Source: Stegostoma tigrinum
Taxonomy: Eukaryota
NCBI RefSeq assembly: GCF_030684315.1
Contig: NC_081396.1
Location: 496,001-560,000, forward strand
DNA: 64,000 nt
Direction of reading: 5' to 3'
A program made the position numbers and the translations under genes. Positions 13,560 through 27,279 of this stretch are shown here, piece after piece; within the stretch, counting starts at the first letter, position 1; every line of letters begins with the position of its first letter. The notes beneath the pieces are model-generated. The model was given only the letters and a program-made list of their open reading frames with translations. It was not told the DNA's origin and did not search any database.

Positions 13560-16182
13560 GTCACCGCTGATCTCACCTGGACCTCAACTCCATCTTCCTA
13601 CCCACTCTCAAGAACCCTTTAACACATTACTTATTAAATATCTGCTTGTGTCCTTCAATATAGGCAGCGTTCCAGCATCCACTGCTCACAGTGGTCGTGA
13701 ATTCCAGAGATTCATCACCCTTTGAGAGAAGCTATTCCTCCTCATTCCCATTTTAACTCATCGAATGGAATTATGCAGTTCAGAAGAGGCCCTCCCTTTG
13801 CCCATCAGGTCTGCACTGTCAAAACTGCGATAAATCTGTACGAGTCCCAATTTCCAGCACCAGGCCCACAGCTTTGGACATCATGACATTTCAAGTGCTC
13901 ATCCAAGTCATCTTTAAAGGTTATGACATTACCCAGCACAACCACCCACCCTGGCAGTTCATTCCGGATGCCCACAAGTCTCTGGATGTAAAACATTTTT
14001 CTCAAATATCCTCTAAACCTCATGCCTTCCAGCAGAAGACTGTGACCCCAGGTTAGTGACCTTTGAACACCTGGTTTCTATTCACCCTGCCCATGCCCCC
14101 ATAATCTTCTCCACTGCCAACAGTTGTCCTCCTCATATCTGCTCTGATCCAAAGAAAACAACCCAAGCTTATCCAAAATCTTTTCCGAGATCCATCCCAG
14201 GCAAAATCCGGGTGAATCTCCAGTGCAATCACATCCTTTTCATAGCATGGTGACCAGAACTGCTCATAGTACTCCCGCTGTGACCGAACCAAAGTTTTGT
14301 GCAGTTCCAAAATAACTTGCCGACTCTGAAATCTACACCTTGACTGATAAAGGCAATATCTTGTCTGCTTTCTGAACAAAAGAAATCCCTGCCACTTTCA
14401 GAAATTCATGGACAAGCACCCCAAGATCCCTTTCTTTCTCTGAGCTTCCTAATGTCCTGCGTTCCATTGAGTACTTCCTTGTCTTGTAACTTCTTACGAT
14501 GTGCATCACCTCAGTTTCATCAGAGTTAAATTCCATCTGTCACTGATCTGTCCATCTGACAATCCATTTGTAGACTTTGCGTCTCAATCTCTCCCTTTAC
14601 CTGAGCCAGAGTGACTTCAGGCTAAAGCACCATCAATCATCTCTTTCTCATGAGAGAGCAGCCTTATGGTCTGAGAACACTGTGGCAACTTTCCCTTATA
14701 TCCTCTGATAACCTAAGACCTTCATTTTCACCACATTCTCATCTATGTTGTTTATAAATATATATCTATGTAGATCTCCTCTCATTCTTCTAAACTCGGG
14801 AGAGTGTAGACCTAACTGCTCAATCTCGCTCCGTAATGGGACCAACTTGTATCCTTCGCACATCTCTCCAACTGATGTTTTCCCTTCATTGGCACCTCTG
14901 GAAGACAAATTATATCATCATCCTGCATCAGTGACTGACTTGCTCTAGTCTCTCTCAGTATCTTTATTCATTTACATCATTAATTTAAAGAATGAAGAAA
15001 CACTACTTCTTTTGTAAATAACACACAGAATATCTGAAAGTCTGATTTAATTGATTAGTAATCAAGGAATAATTATTTTGACAATCCAGAACCATCTCCC
15101 TTCCTTTGAAATGCCCTGAGGGAACATACTTCACCTGTATCAGTGCCACAGTTTTACAACCCTTTCATTCCTGATTCTAAGATTGCCTGTCAGCTGCACA
15201 GTTAAGGGGGTAAATAATGGAGATTCAGCATCTCCGACAGCAGCAGATTCTCTTCAAGACCACAATACCATAAGACATAGGAGCATAAATTACGCCTTTC
15301 AGCCCATCGAGCCTGCTCCACCATTCAATATTGGCTGATAAGTTCCTCAACTTCATTCTCCTGCATTCTCCCCGTAACTCTTGATCCCCTTGATAATCAA
15401 GAATCCATCTATCTCAGTCTTAAGTGTACTCAATATCCTGCCCTCCACAGCTTTCTGTGGCAATGAATTCCATTGATTCACCACTCTCTGGTGAAGAGGT
15501 TTCTCCTTATCTCCATTCTAAAAGGTCTTTCCTTTACTCTAAGGCTGTGCCCTCAGGTCCTAGAATCTCCTGTCAATGGAAGCATCTTCCCAACATCCAT
15601 TCTGTCCAGGCCATTCATTATTTTGCAAGTTTCAATTGGATCCCCCTTGTCCTTCTAACCTCCGATGAGTATAGTCCCAGAGTCCTCAAAAGTTCCTCAC
15701 ATGTGAAGCTTTCCATTCCTGGGACCATTCTCATGAACCTCCTCTGAAACCGCTCCAGGGCCTGTACATCCTTCCTGAGATATGGGGCCCAAAACTGCAC
15801 ACAATACTTCAAATGTGGCCTGACCAGATCCTTATAATCGCCTCAGTAGTACATCCCTGGCTTTATATTCATGCCCTCTCAAAATAAATGCCAACACTGC
15901 ATTTACCTCCTGACTACTGACTCAACCTGCAAGTTTACCTTGAGAGAATCCTAAACTAGAACATCCAAGTCTCTTTGAACTTCAGACTTCTGAATTTTCT
16001 CCCCATTTACAAAATAGGCCATGCTTTTGTTCTTCTTACCAAAGTTCATAACCTCCCACTATCTCATGTTGTACTCCATCTGCCACTTCTTTGCCCACTC
16101 CCCAAACCTATATACAAGTCCTTCTGCAGCCTCGCCACCTCCTCAATGCTACCTGTCCCTCCACCTGTCTTTGTATCATCTG
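13560..16182 (-). mobile_element. Cluster of decayed CR1 LINE fragments
   Basis: Disrupted MEFN...VMH...ERDLGVLVH and KYCVQFWAPYLRKDVQALE peptides at ~13560-14580 and 15265-16182. Confidence 0.75.
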
Positions 16183-16779
16183 TTGCTTGATTCAAACTTT
16201 GGACTCTCTCTCCATTGGTATGTACATCACATGGACTGCAGAGCTTTGAAAACCCATCTCACCGGCAATTTCTCAGGGGTCAGTTAGTTAGTCAAAGAAT
16301 CTTTGCAGCGTGGAAACAGGCCCTTCTGTCCAACAAGTCAGGGAGTGTGTTCCAGATCCGAACCAGGCGCTGGGTTCAAACACACTCCTCGAGTCACCGT
16401 TAGTTCTTTGGTAATTGCCTTAAATCTGTGGCCTCTAGATTGCCCAGGGGTCACTCCGCGGTGAGCCCTTACAATTCCGCATGGGGACTGGAGCCACATA
16501 TGGGGCAGGCCTGGGAGAGGAGGGCCCGGTTCTGTCCTGACACGACAGCCGTGGATTTTACTGACGCCAGGCTTTGTTTCTAAAAAAACTGTGGGTGCTT
16601 CTTCTTTCTCCTCCCACAAACGAATAGAGGGTTTTAAACTGAACTCAACTGAGCCAGACAGGGTGAAAGTGTCTGGGGGTCGTTGAGTTGACTGCATGAG
16701 TGAAACGTTTACATTTTGCTTCCTCTGGTTCTCCCACATTCCTCCTTCTTGCTCTTTTTCCCTCTTTTCTTTGATCCCG

Positions 16780-17120
16780 ACCGTCTCAATGCTCCTCCTC
16801 CTCAGGGCGGGGCGGATTTAAATACCCGGCTCCACCCCACCTGCTCCTCCGAGCTCCGCCAATCACGGCTTTTCCCGCTCTCTCTGCCTCCTCGCGCTCC
16901 GGCCGGTGTGATGTAAATTTAAATCACACCTGGAACAGCCGCGGGAACCGGACCCGCCAATCAGAGCATCGCTTTTCCGCTCGCGCTCCGGCCGTTGGCG
17001 GTTTGAAAAGGCTGAGGTCGCGCGGGCGGCGGGTGACGCTCCTTCAGTCTCCTGCAGTCAGTCTGTTGGGGGCGGCCTCAGGGGGAGGATACTCACCCAG
17101 ATCGCACAGGGACATACGGG
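16780..17120. promoter_or_regulatory. CpG-rich promoter-like element (GC box, CCAAT boxes, E2F and CHR-like sites)
   Basis: Local CpG enrichment. GGGCGGGGC 16805, CCAAT 16859 and 16957, TTTTCCCGC 16870, GCGGGAA 16941, GGCGG-TTTGAA at 16997-17007. Confidence 0.65.
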
Positions 17121-17792
17121 GGCTAAAGAGTGGAATGATTAAGGGAAGGGGGCAGACTGAGCGGACATTTGGAGGGATTTCCAACCTCACTCCCACTCAA
17201 AGATAACAGTAAAAATCCCGAAGAAGCTGAGGGAAAGACCAGGAGAATACATTTGGGGCTCCGTCCGCGGGGCATCTGGCTGAGGACATTGCGCCGCTTG
17301 GCATCTCTTCCTAATTTCTATCAGGAACCTGGGATTGGTATCCAGTTTAACATTGATCCCACTGGATTGTCCAACACACATCAATGCAGCAGGTGAAGTT
17401 AGTGGCCGTTGTGAGAATCTGGAGTTTTTGAAGTTCATAATTTATTTGTAACGTTTCAGATCTTGGTCTCCAAAGTGGACAAATAATGAATAGTTGAACA
17501 TTTGTTCTGTGTTTCTATGTTGTGTGTGTCCACATGGTTATAGGTTCATTCTCTACTTGTTCTGTGCATACTGCAGCATTGTCTAGAGTTTATTTACAAG
17601 TGTTTAATGGGACAGCCAAACTCTTGAGGTGAACAGTTGAATGCATTAGGAAACAAATGAGAAAAAAAATCACATTGGACTTGAAATATTAACTTTGTTT
17701 ATGTTTCCCCAGATGCTGCTAGACCTGCTGAGCTTCTTCAGTATTTTCTATTTGTGATCCAGGGCGTTAGTCTGGGATTCTCAAATACGAAT

Positions 17793-18105
17793 GGGCGGCA
17801 GGGTGGCTCAGTGGTTGGCACTGCAGCCTCACAGCGCCAGGGACCCGGGTTCAATTCCACCCTCGGGCAACTGTCTGTGCGGAGTTTGCACATTCTCCCC
17901 ATGTCTGCGTCGGTTTCCTCCGGGTGCTCTGGTTTCCTCCCACAGTCCAAGGATGTGCGGGCGAGGTGGATTGGCCATGCTAAATTGCCCGTAGTGTTCA
18001 GGGGTATGTGGGTTATAGGGGGATGGGTTTGGGTGGGATGCTGCAAAGGGCAGTGTGGACTTGATGGGCTGAAGGGCCTGTTTCCACACTGTAGGGAATC
18101 TAATC
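17793..18105 (+). mobile_element. HE1-type tRNA-derived V-SINE
   Basis: A box (gtggctcagtgg), B box (gggttcaattcc), V-domain ggagtttgcacattctcccc, LINE-derived tail ending aatctaatc. Confidence 0.88.
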
Positions 18106-18239
18106 CAGTGACACTACCATGGCATCGCAGCCTCCTTTTGCTTTATTGCTGACCAGCAAGTCTCCAAATTTATTTGTGCAACACCAACTTTGTGTTCGTA
18201 ATTTTGTAATCGTTTATAATAGACCTGAAAGCCCTGATC

Positions 18240-18655
18240 TCTCACAGTCGTTCAGTTGTAGGGAAGGTGTACAATGGATCCTGTAGCATTCATTCTCTTG
18301 GTATCCTTGACTTGTTGGCTGCTGCTCCAAATCCGAAACAGGTCATTGACCTCAGTGCTGTTTCCAATCACCTCAATGTTCCTGGTGAAGAATCTGACTG
18401 CATTGACATTAGCGATATGGGGTTTGAAAGATGAATGGTCACAATGCGGTTTTGGTGCAATGGCAGTGAATGCAGTGGTTCACAATGAAGATCGACAGTT
18501 TTGTCCCATTACCCCTACCCTTGAAGACTTTCAGAAGTGGCACACATTGCTGCCAGTTTGTGTCAATGTTTAAAGAACTGGATGGGATGTCAATTACATG
18601 TGTTGTAAAGATTGTGTCAAGTGCCTTGAGTATTGATGCAACTGTAATCAGGATG
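18240..18655 (-). mobile_element. Gypsy LTR-retrotransposon integrase remnant
   Basis: Decayed TVASILKALDTIFTTH..., resembling the integrase core. Confidence 0.4.
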
Positions 18656-21600
18656 TAAGTGAAAGTGCAGAAAATAGTCAAGAAGCACAATGGAATGCTG
18701 GCCTTCATGTCAAATGGGCTGGAGTGCAGCGAAGCAGACACAATGCTAATGTTACACAGAACCCTGATTAGACTCCCCTTAGAGTACAATGAGCAGATCT
18801 GGACACCTCACTTGAGGAAGGATGTTTGGCCCTGGAGGAAGTTCAGTACATGTTTACAAGATGATAATGGGTCTTCAGGGGTTAAGTTATGAGAAAAGAT
18901 TAGACAAATTATTTTTCCTTCTTCATTCCTTAGAATTTAGAAGGTTGGGGGATGATCTGATCGAGGTCCTCGGGATAGTAACATTCAAACCAATTGCAAC
19001 AAAACTGCAATTCCAAACCATGAAAGCTATTCAGGCTACAAGATATCATGAAACTTAACAAATACTTGTAATATTTTGGCAGAAACATCTTAAATAGTCG
19101 TTTTTGGCCATTGCACCTTGATTTTAGTGCAACCCTCAGGATGTATTCCTGCACTGGGAATGTGCCAATCGGCAACATTCAGCTATTTGCAAGAGAAAGA
19201 ATTTTTAGGAAGACCAAAGAGCACCTTTCATGGTCCTCCAGGCACAATTGATGTTTGTCTTGGTGTGTGTCCCAGTGAAGAGCCTGTATAGCACCCAGCA
19301 TCATGGAGCTGCTTGAAACAAACCTCAACAAAAACCATTGAATCAATCTCAAGACTTATTGCTCTGGGGACAGGGGCTCAAATCTCACAATGCCTGCTGC
19401 TTGAGTTTAAATTCAATTGTAAAAACATGGAATTGAAAGGCCGTCTCAGTCTTGATGACTGTGAAACATTTGTCAATCATTGTGAAAGGCCATTTGGTTC
19501 ATGTAAGTTATTCAGAGAAAGAAGTCTCTCCAGACACAGTAACGCTTTTGTTCTGCTGAAGTGCCACTAGGCTCAAAATGTTAACTCTGCTTTCTCCCCA
19601 CAGGTGCTGCCAAACTTGCAGAGTTACACCAGCAATTTCTGTTTCTGTTTCTGTTTCAGCCAAATTTTTGACCCTTAAATGACATCTGAAATGGTTGAGA
19701 AAGTCACTGAATTCAAGGAAAATTAAGCATGGGGCAACATATGCTGTCCTTGCTATTGATGCCCTTATTTCAGGAAGGAATAAACAAAAAATAATGTCTT
19801 GTTTCTTTCCCCACCTGTGCTCGAGTCCCAGCCTTCAGGATAGGAAGATTCATTGAGCTTGCTCCTGTTAGTTATTTAATTGTTCACCATCATTCAAGAC
19901 ATGATGTGGCAGGATTGTAGACTTGATCTGATCCATTCGTTATGATACTACTAAGAATGTCCATTGATTACTGCTTCTGCAGTTTATCATGTCCTTGGAG
20001 GGCAGTGAATCTATGGAATTTTTGACCACATTGGGCTTTTCAGACTCCTTCATTATGGGTATCCAAGACTGAGATGGACAGATAGAAATCAAGGGTAATA
20101 GGAAAAGGCAGGAAGGTAGAGTTGAGGATTGTCAGATCAACTATGATCTCACTGAGCGGTGGACCTGATGCAGTGGGCTGAATGGCCTCCTACTCCAAAA
20201 TCTTCGGCTCTTATTTCAGCCTGCCATGTCGCTGAGTATGAGTGTTCCAGAAAATCTCCAACAGAGGGAGATGGATGAATTTTGAATTCAGTGATTCAGA
20301 CAGACTCCAACAGGACAGAAATGAAGGCATGACTGAGAAGTGTCAGTGATACAGAGAATCTCCAACATAGGGAGATAGATGAATGTTTGGGGTTGATGAT
20401 TCACAAGGTCTCAAAGAAAAGGACAGTGAATGATACCAAGAGGTGAAGTGCAAGTTTGAGCAGGGTGCTTCACCAACTCAGATCGTTGTCAAGAGCACAC
20501 CTATTTGCAGTGGTTGGAGGGAGATGAGAGAAGACCTGAGGGAAATTGCGTTTTTAAAGACTTGTGTTGTTTAAATTTTGACTGCACTGCCTGAGAATGT
20601 GGTGGTGATATATTCAATTGTGGCTTTCAGTAAGGAATAGGATAATTATTTGAAGAGAAATAGGTTGCAGGGGTAGACTGACTTTGATGAAGCCATGCTA
20701 ACTCTGCCGTATTTATCTTACCCTTCCAAGTAGTTCCCAGTCTCACTTTTAATCATGGATTCTCAGATCTTAACAATGACAGAGGTCTGGCGAACTGGCT
20801 TATAATTTTCTGTCTTCTGCTTCCCATCTTTCCTAAATAGGAGTGCTACACAAGCCATTTTTCAATCCTCTGGAACCCTTCTGGATTTCAGTGATTCCTG
20901 AAAGATCAGCAACAATCCATCCCCAGTCTCCTCAGCTATCTCCTTCATAACCCTGGGGTGTAGCCCATCCTGTTTGGTTCAATCTCAGGATATTCATAGG
21001 GAAGAATTCAAATGATAGTACTGCCACTGACAGTCAAAGAGCGAAGGTTAGTTTATCTTTTATCGAAGATGGACAATGCCTGTGTTGTGTAAACATTACT
21101 TATAACTTATTGACCCAAGCCTGGATTTTTTCCAGTTCTTCCTGCAAATGAACACTGGCTACCTCAGTATGTGAGGTGCTGTGAATTTTGCTAAACATCA
21201 AGCAATCACTCAGGAACATGTGTACTTCTGGCCTTCTGATGGAGGCAAGTTCCTCAATGAAGCAGTTGAAGATTACAGGCCTAGGTGACTCCTTGGCCAA
21301 GGGACCTTGTTCAAGTTCCACACCAACTCCAGAGGTGTGTAATAACATCTCCAAACATGATGAATTATATCTACTCTGAGAAGTTCCTATCATCATTTCC
21401 TCAAAATATAATGACTGATCTCCAACAACCATATCAATCTTCCTTTGTGCTAGTGATGACTCCAACCAGTGGGAGAGAATGCTTGCCTTGGTTCCCTTTG
21501 ACTACAGGCTTGTAAGCACTCCTTGATATCACATTTGGTAAAGTGAAGTGTTGATGTCAATGGCAGCCGACTCAGTTTCACTCTTGTTTCCAACTCATTT

Positions 21601-21989
21601 GTGCACATGAGATCCAAGGCTACAATGAGTTTGGAGTTGAGTGGGTCAGAGGAAGACAAGCTGAGCAGGGTTAAGAATGTTATTGTTGAGTAAATTTCAC
21701 TTGGTTGTACTGTTGGCCACATTTTCTGTTACTTGCTGATGATTAAGAGTCTTTTGATGGGACGTTACTTGTGCACGAGGGATTTGTTCTGCTTTTTGTG
21801 ATCAGGATATACTGATGCAACTTTTTTATTTCAAGAGTACTTTTTCATAAAAAATATGTTTGAATATATACATAATAACAAATGAACCTTGACAAAAATT
21901 ACTGCATCTTCTCCAGACCTCCTTTGCAAAGGCATGTTCCAGCAGGAGGTGTAAGACTGTGTCAGCCACACCCCCACCCTTATCTATAA

Positions 21990-24900
21990 GCAGAAGGGTG
22001 AGAGGGAGGAAATCAGAAATTGGCGACTAGTCACACTGCTGATTGCAGACTACAAAGTCCTCATGTTGGCTCAGTTTCAGGGACTGGCCCAGACCTGCAC
22101 CATTACAACTACAGAGAGAGTGCCTCACATCAGATGACCAGGCTTTTATGTGCAATGGAGAGGGAGCAGTGCTCTGAAAAGACCAGTTCCTGCTTCACAT
22201 TCCGGTCCACCAAAGATATTGTATATGCCCTGGTCTTTCCAAACCATATTCCCAGCACCTTCAGGTAATCTGTCATGATGGTGATGGGGATATAGGATCG
22301 GTTGGCCCAGTTCCCAAAGAACAGGCTTCGCTGTTACCTTGATTTTCCTCCATGCTAAGGGAGGTGTTGACCCGTGGGCATCTGCTGCCTGAAAAAGTCA
22401 CGCTCTCGGGCTTGCATCCTCCCTGATGGACTGAGAAAGCGGCTCTATAAAATACACAAACAAGGCAGGAGAGAGTGGGCAGCCCTGCCTGACTTCAGAT
22501 TTGATCAAGAAGCTTTCTTATTCACACCCATTGAATGAGACTGCACCATCAAGATGTGGAGCAGTCAGACCCAATTGCAGATTCCCTCCCCAAAGCCCAT
22601 CTTGGACAACATGACCCACATGTACTTGTGTGATTTCTTGTCAAAGGCCGCCTTCTGGTCCAGGCTGATGAGGCAGGCATCTGCCCTATCTCGTGCTTGA
22701 AGGTGATTGTATATCTGAAGAGTGTGAGGCTGTCAGAGGTGTAATAACATCCCCTGGTCCTGTCCAGTACAACACAGGTTTAGTCAGGGTGAATCACCGA
22801 TCCCAGAGCAGACCTGACCCCCATGGTGATGACCTTAGATAGGACTTTATAGTTGGCGTTCAGCAGTGAGACTAATTGCCAATTTCTAATTTCCTCACTC
22901 TCCTCCTTCCACTTATAGATGAGTTTGATGATGCATTTTCTCATGGACTCACACATGCCATCCATCAGGTCCTGACCAATTAAATCCTTCAGAGCCAAAC
23001 ACAACTTGGCTGTTAAATTGTCATTTTCGAAGGACTCGAGGGCCTTGGTCAGGTAATCCAGAGAAACCAGTTGGTCTGGCCTTTCCTGTGAGCTGTTGTC
23101 TAAGCCCTCCATGATACAGGACAGGAATGATTGGGAGATTGCACAGTCAGTGGGCTTCATGCCATTCAGATTGGCATAAAAGAATTTGCTGATCCGCAGT
23201 ATGTTAGATGAGATACGAGATGATGGTACTGAGCCATCTTCTTCCTTCAGGCTTCTTTGCACGGAGGTCTCTTTGTGCACCTTCTGGAAGAACAAACGTG
23301 AGCATGTCTTATCCTGCTCCTCACTGCACACCTTGGAAAACTGTGAAACCCCTCTTTTAGTCTCCAGTGGGCTGATGCGAAACAGCCATTGGAGCATCAA
23401 CAGGTTCTTTATCCTTAAAGGTGTTCAGAAGGTGAGAGATAGGTGGGGGAAACTGTCCAAACTCCAGAAAGCCATGCAGAAGTCCTGGAGTGGAAGATTA
23501 TCTTGGAAGCCTCTAAGACGAAGAGCATAGCTTGCAGTCTCTTCACTTTGTGAAGATCCTGTGTGACATTAACCCCCATTATCCTCAGCTGAAGTAGGTT
23601 TTGCATGACTTTCTGAAGTTTGGACAGTTTTTCCCACTTATCTCTCATCTTCTGACACCTTTAAGGATCAAGTACCTCTTGATGCTCCCATGACTGTTTC
23701 CCATCAGCCCACTGGAGACTCACAGAGGGGCTTCATGGTTTTCCAATCTGTAAATTCCCTCTTGAGCTCCTCAGTGTTTTCTAGGGTCAATAATTTCACG
23801 TTCAGCTCCCACATCTCCTTACGGGTGCTGTAGGTGACAGTCAACCAGCAGGAGGCAGTGGCCAAAGAAGAACAGTGGCTGGACATTTGTAGATCTGACA
23901 AGAACATTCCAGGCAGAAATGGGACATCTATCCTTGAGCAGATAGACACATTCTGGCTGCAACCAGGTGTATCTACACTGCGCTGTCTCTGCGTGGGTAC
24001 TGAAGTCATTGTGCAGCTTGGTGACTTTCACTGTTTTCATCAAGATTCGAGATGTGGAGTCCAGGTTGCTGCGAGCTCCTCCAGATTGTCCATCTGCATC
24101 GATGATGTAGTTGAAGTCACCGGTCTGAATGATCTGCCTAAATGTTGCCAGCAGCAGTGGGAGGAGCAAGAGGGCAGCCAGCCATTCAGTCTTTAGCATT
24201 GAGGCCTACATGTTAATTAGCCTCAGGGGAGGATTTCTGGACATGACGTCTGCTATTAGGAGGTGCCTGCCCACCACCTCCTTATCTTTGGAGATGGTGA
24301 AGTTGCTTCCTCACAGCAGAATATCCAGGCCTTTTTTTTCGCTGTGGCCAAATTGAAGGCCCATTGGTTCATATGGTCGACCGTTTCCTGCGTCTGTTGG
24401 GATGTGGTACCAGACTCCGATGGAAAGAGGAGGTCTGCTTTGATGTTGACCAGGTAAGCCAATGTTAAAAAATAATGCATGGTAGATTTAAAACTATACA
24501 TGTTAATCCTGGCAATTTTAAAACCCATTTTAAGAGTTTATAGAAATACATAATGTCCTTTTCCTGTGGTGTGAACGAACTGTTGGATGCTCTCTGCACT
24601 GAGATAGCTGGCCTATTTCTCCCCCAGATTGTTGCCCTGAACCAGTGTTGTCAGAGTGAGAATGAAGCCAGGAAAGTCCCATTCTGAATCCAACAGAGGG
24701 ACTGTTGCTCAGTTCCTGATTCGAAGCATCACTATTCCCATTTGTCCGGCGCTGTGTGTGGTGGTTACTGCATAGTTCCCAGTGAATGGATATTGGGCTT
24801 CATTTGGGCCCTTGGGTTGTCCAGCATTTCCAAGTTGGAAAGTTGGCTGCTTCCCTCCTTCTCCACCGTCGTGTTCTGCATTTTTTTCTGTTGATGACCA

Positions 24901-25220
24901 TCCTTCTGCACATCTTCATCATCAGAGGAGCTGCTGGTATATCCATTCCATAACTGCATCTTTCCATGTTTATATTAGGCTTTAGGGGACTGATGTGTTT
25001 TTCTTTTTCTGGTTGTTTCTCACTGGTATCCACTCCCCCACCTTTTTCTTTTCCTCTTCCTCCGTTGACTTCATCTAGGTTAGGTCGAGGTTGGATCAGT
25101 TGTTATGTCACCCTGCTGGCTTCCTTTTCCTCCTCTCTGGCCTGTTCCCCCTTCTCAGTGCTTCTTGTTTCAGTTTTCTTGCTGGGCGGTAGCACCTCTT
25201 TGAGCTTTGGGGCTCCATAG
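21990..25220 (-). mobile_element. Decayed Tx1/L1-clade retrotransposon (ORF1-like K/E-rich remnant, APE endonuclease, RT)
   Basis: MGFKIARIN...ADLLF; GDFNYII; RYTW...SRID; NW..VSLLNANYKVLSKVI...VIHPD; SLDQKAAFDK; VRQGCPLSPALFV. Many frameshifts. Confidence 0.88.
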
Positions 25221-26145
25221 CTCACATTGCCATTTCCAGCCATCTGAGCATATATGCATTCCCTCCCCATCTTGGGCATCGCTTTTATATGTAATCTGCT
25301 TTGATAATCAACAACGCCATGGTCATCATTAGCCTAGCTTATCATGATAAGTTATTTAAAACTAAACAGACTTCACAGAAATGATGATGTTTGAACCTGT
25401 GTCCCAGAACATTAAACTGGGTCGCTGAATGATGAGTAACAATCATACATCACCACCTCAACATGATACTAAGGAGATTAGAACTAGGAATCATAGGTTG
25501 CATCAAACAGGTTGTTTATCTACAATTGAGATGAGGAGCAAAGTCTTCATTTATAGTGTTCTGATATTTTCAGTTCTCTTCCAAAGTGTGCTGTGTATTC
25601 TCAGTCATTAAGTGTATTCAAGATGACCTCAATACATTTATGGGTATAAAGGGTATTAAGGGATGTGATGATAGTGTGGGAAGCTGGAGATTTGGGAGAA
25701 ATCAAACAAGTAATCTTGAAAAGTGGAATAAACTTTAAGGAATCAATGGCCAAAATTGCATATTTCCTGATGTTCTTGTTTATTTTTAACCTCCCGCTTT
25801 CCATCTGTCTCCCACTCAGTCCTACACACAGACAGAGCTGTAATTCACAATCTGGCTGCACAATGTATAAACAGACAGCCAGGTCCATCTCCCACTTTCT
25901 CCCTCCTCCCTCTCCATAATGCACAGAAACAGAAGCTGGCGTTTCCAGGTTGTCTGTCTGTGGTTAAACTGACAGACTTGAAAATTGGCTGAAAGAGAGA
26001 AATAAATAGCTCGAAACAGGGAGCAGAGGACCAGACTGTTGCTCATGAGCAATTGAGTTTGTAATGTAACTCTATACACTGAATTTATAGATGAATGACG
26101 ACAGGGCTGGGAGGAGCTTCTGCTGGTCAGTAGCAGATTCTGTTG

Positions 26146-26713
26146 ATGACAAGGTGTAGAGCTGGATGAACACAGCAGGCCAAGCAGCATCAGAGGAGCA
26201 GGAAGGCTGACATCTCAGGCCTAGACCCTTCTTCAGAAAATAAGGTTTGTCCGGAGTGATGAGGGTTACTTCTTCAGGGTAAGCATCCTTAGAAGAGGCT
26301 TCACAGTGGGGTTAAAATTGTATCAGAGGTTGTAGGAACTGCAGATGCTGGAGAATCTGAGATAACAAGGTGTAGAGCTGGATGAACACGGCAGGCCAAG
26401 CAGCATCAGAGGAACAGGTAGACTGACATTTCAGGCCTAGACCCTTCTTCAGAAAAAAAAATCTTGCAGATTGGGAACAGGTGGTGGAGAGACAGGAGGT
26501 GATTTACTCACCACAAACTTCCTGTCCTCTCACTTGTTGCTTTAACCAACATATTTATATGGCAGGTTCAGTCCAGCTTGTTTTTTTTCCGAAGAAGGGT
26601 TTAGGCCCAAAACGTCAGCCTTCCTGCTCCTCTGATGCTGCTTGGCCTGCTGTGTTCATCCAGCTCCACACCTTGTTATCTCAGATTCTCCAGCATCTGC
26701 AGTTCCTACTGTC
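26146..26713. mobile_element. Composite Penelope-like (pLTR) insertion with 14-bp target-site duplication
   Basis: AGCAGATTCTGTTG at 26132-26145 and 26714-26727. Two direct pLTR-like copies and one inverted copy surround a captured segment. Confidence 0.8.
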
Positions 26714-27279
26714 AGCAGATTCTGTTGCCTGGGAGAAATGCTGTCACTGCACGATACACAGACTGCTGTGATAAACAGGAGAGTATTGATTGGGAGAGGG
26801 TGAGGAGAAAGAAAGGTAGAGTATGTTCTGGAGTGGAGGAGACACAATTTCCTGGGAAAGGGATTAAATGGAGCTGCATGCAGAGAACAAGAGGGAAAAT
26901 GGAAGGTAACAGTGTGTTATGAAATGGACAAGAGAAAGAATAGGAATTGAGGTAACGTGCACTAATAAGTGGAAAGGAGATGGAAGGAGAGATGAATTAG
27001 AAGGGAAAAGGCAAAGTATATGAGACAGAGAGATTCAATGATGATATTAAAGAGTTGAAAACAGCCTGGTTGGGCAGTACATTACCAACATTTCCAGAGT
27101 TGTTTTGGGAGCCCTTTCTTGTGTGATGAAGAATCTCCGGTCTGTGATTTACACCTCACTTTCTGAATTCATACTTCAGTCGTACATGACAGTAAAATTC
27201 CCCCAATAATTGACCCAAAGTTGTATTCTTCTAAGTGACTAGATTTGGCTTGTGTTCCCCACTGTCTGTTCCTGGGATC

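Noticed and set aside
17793-17865. tRNA gene (A and B boxes)
   Set aside because: It is the tRNA-derived head of an HE1-type SINE and continues into the V-domain and LINE tail.
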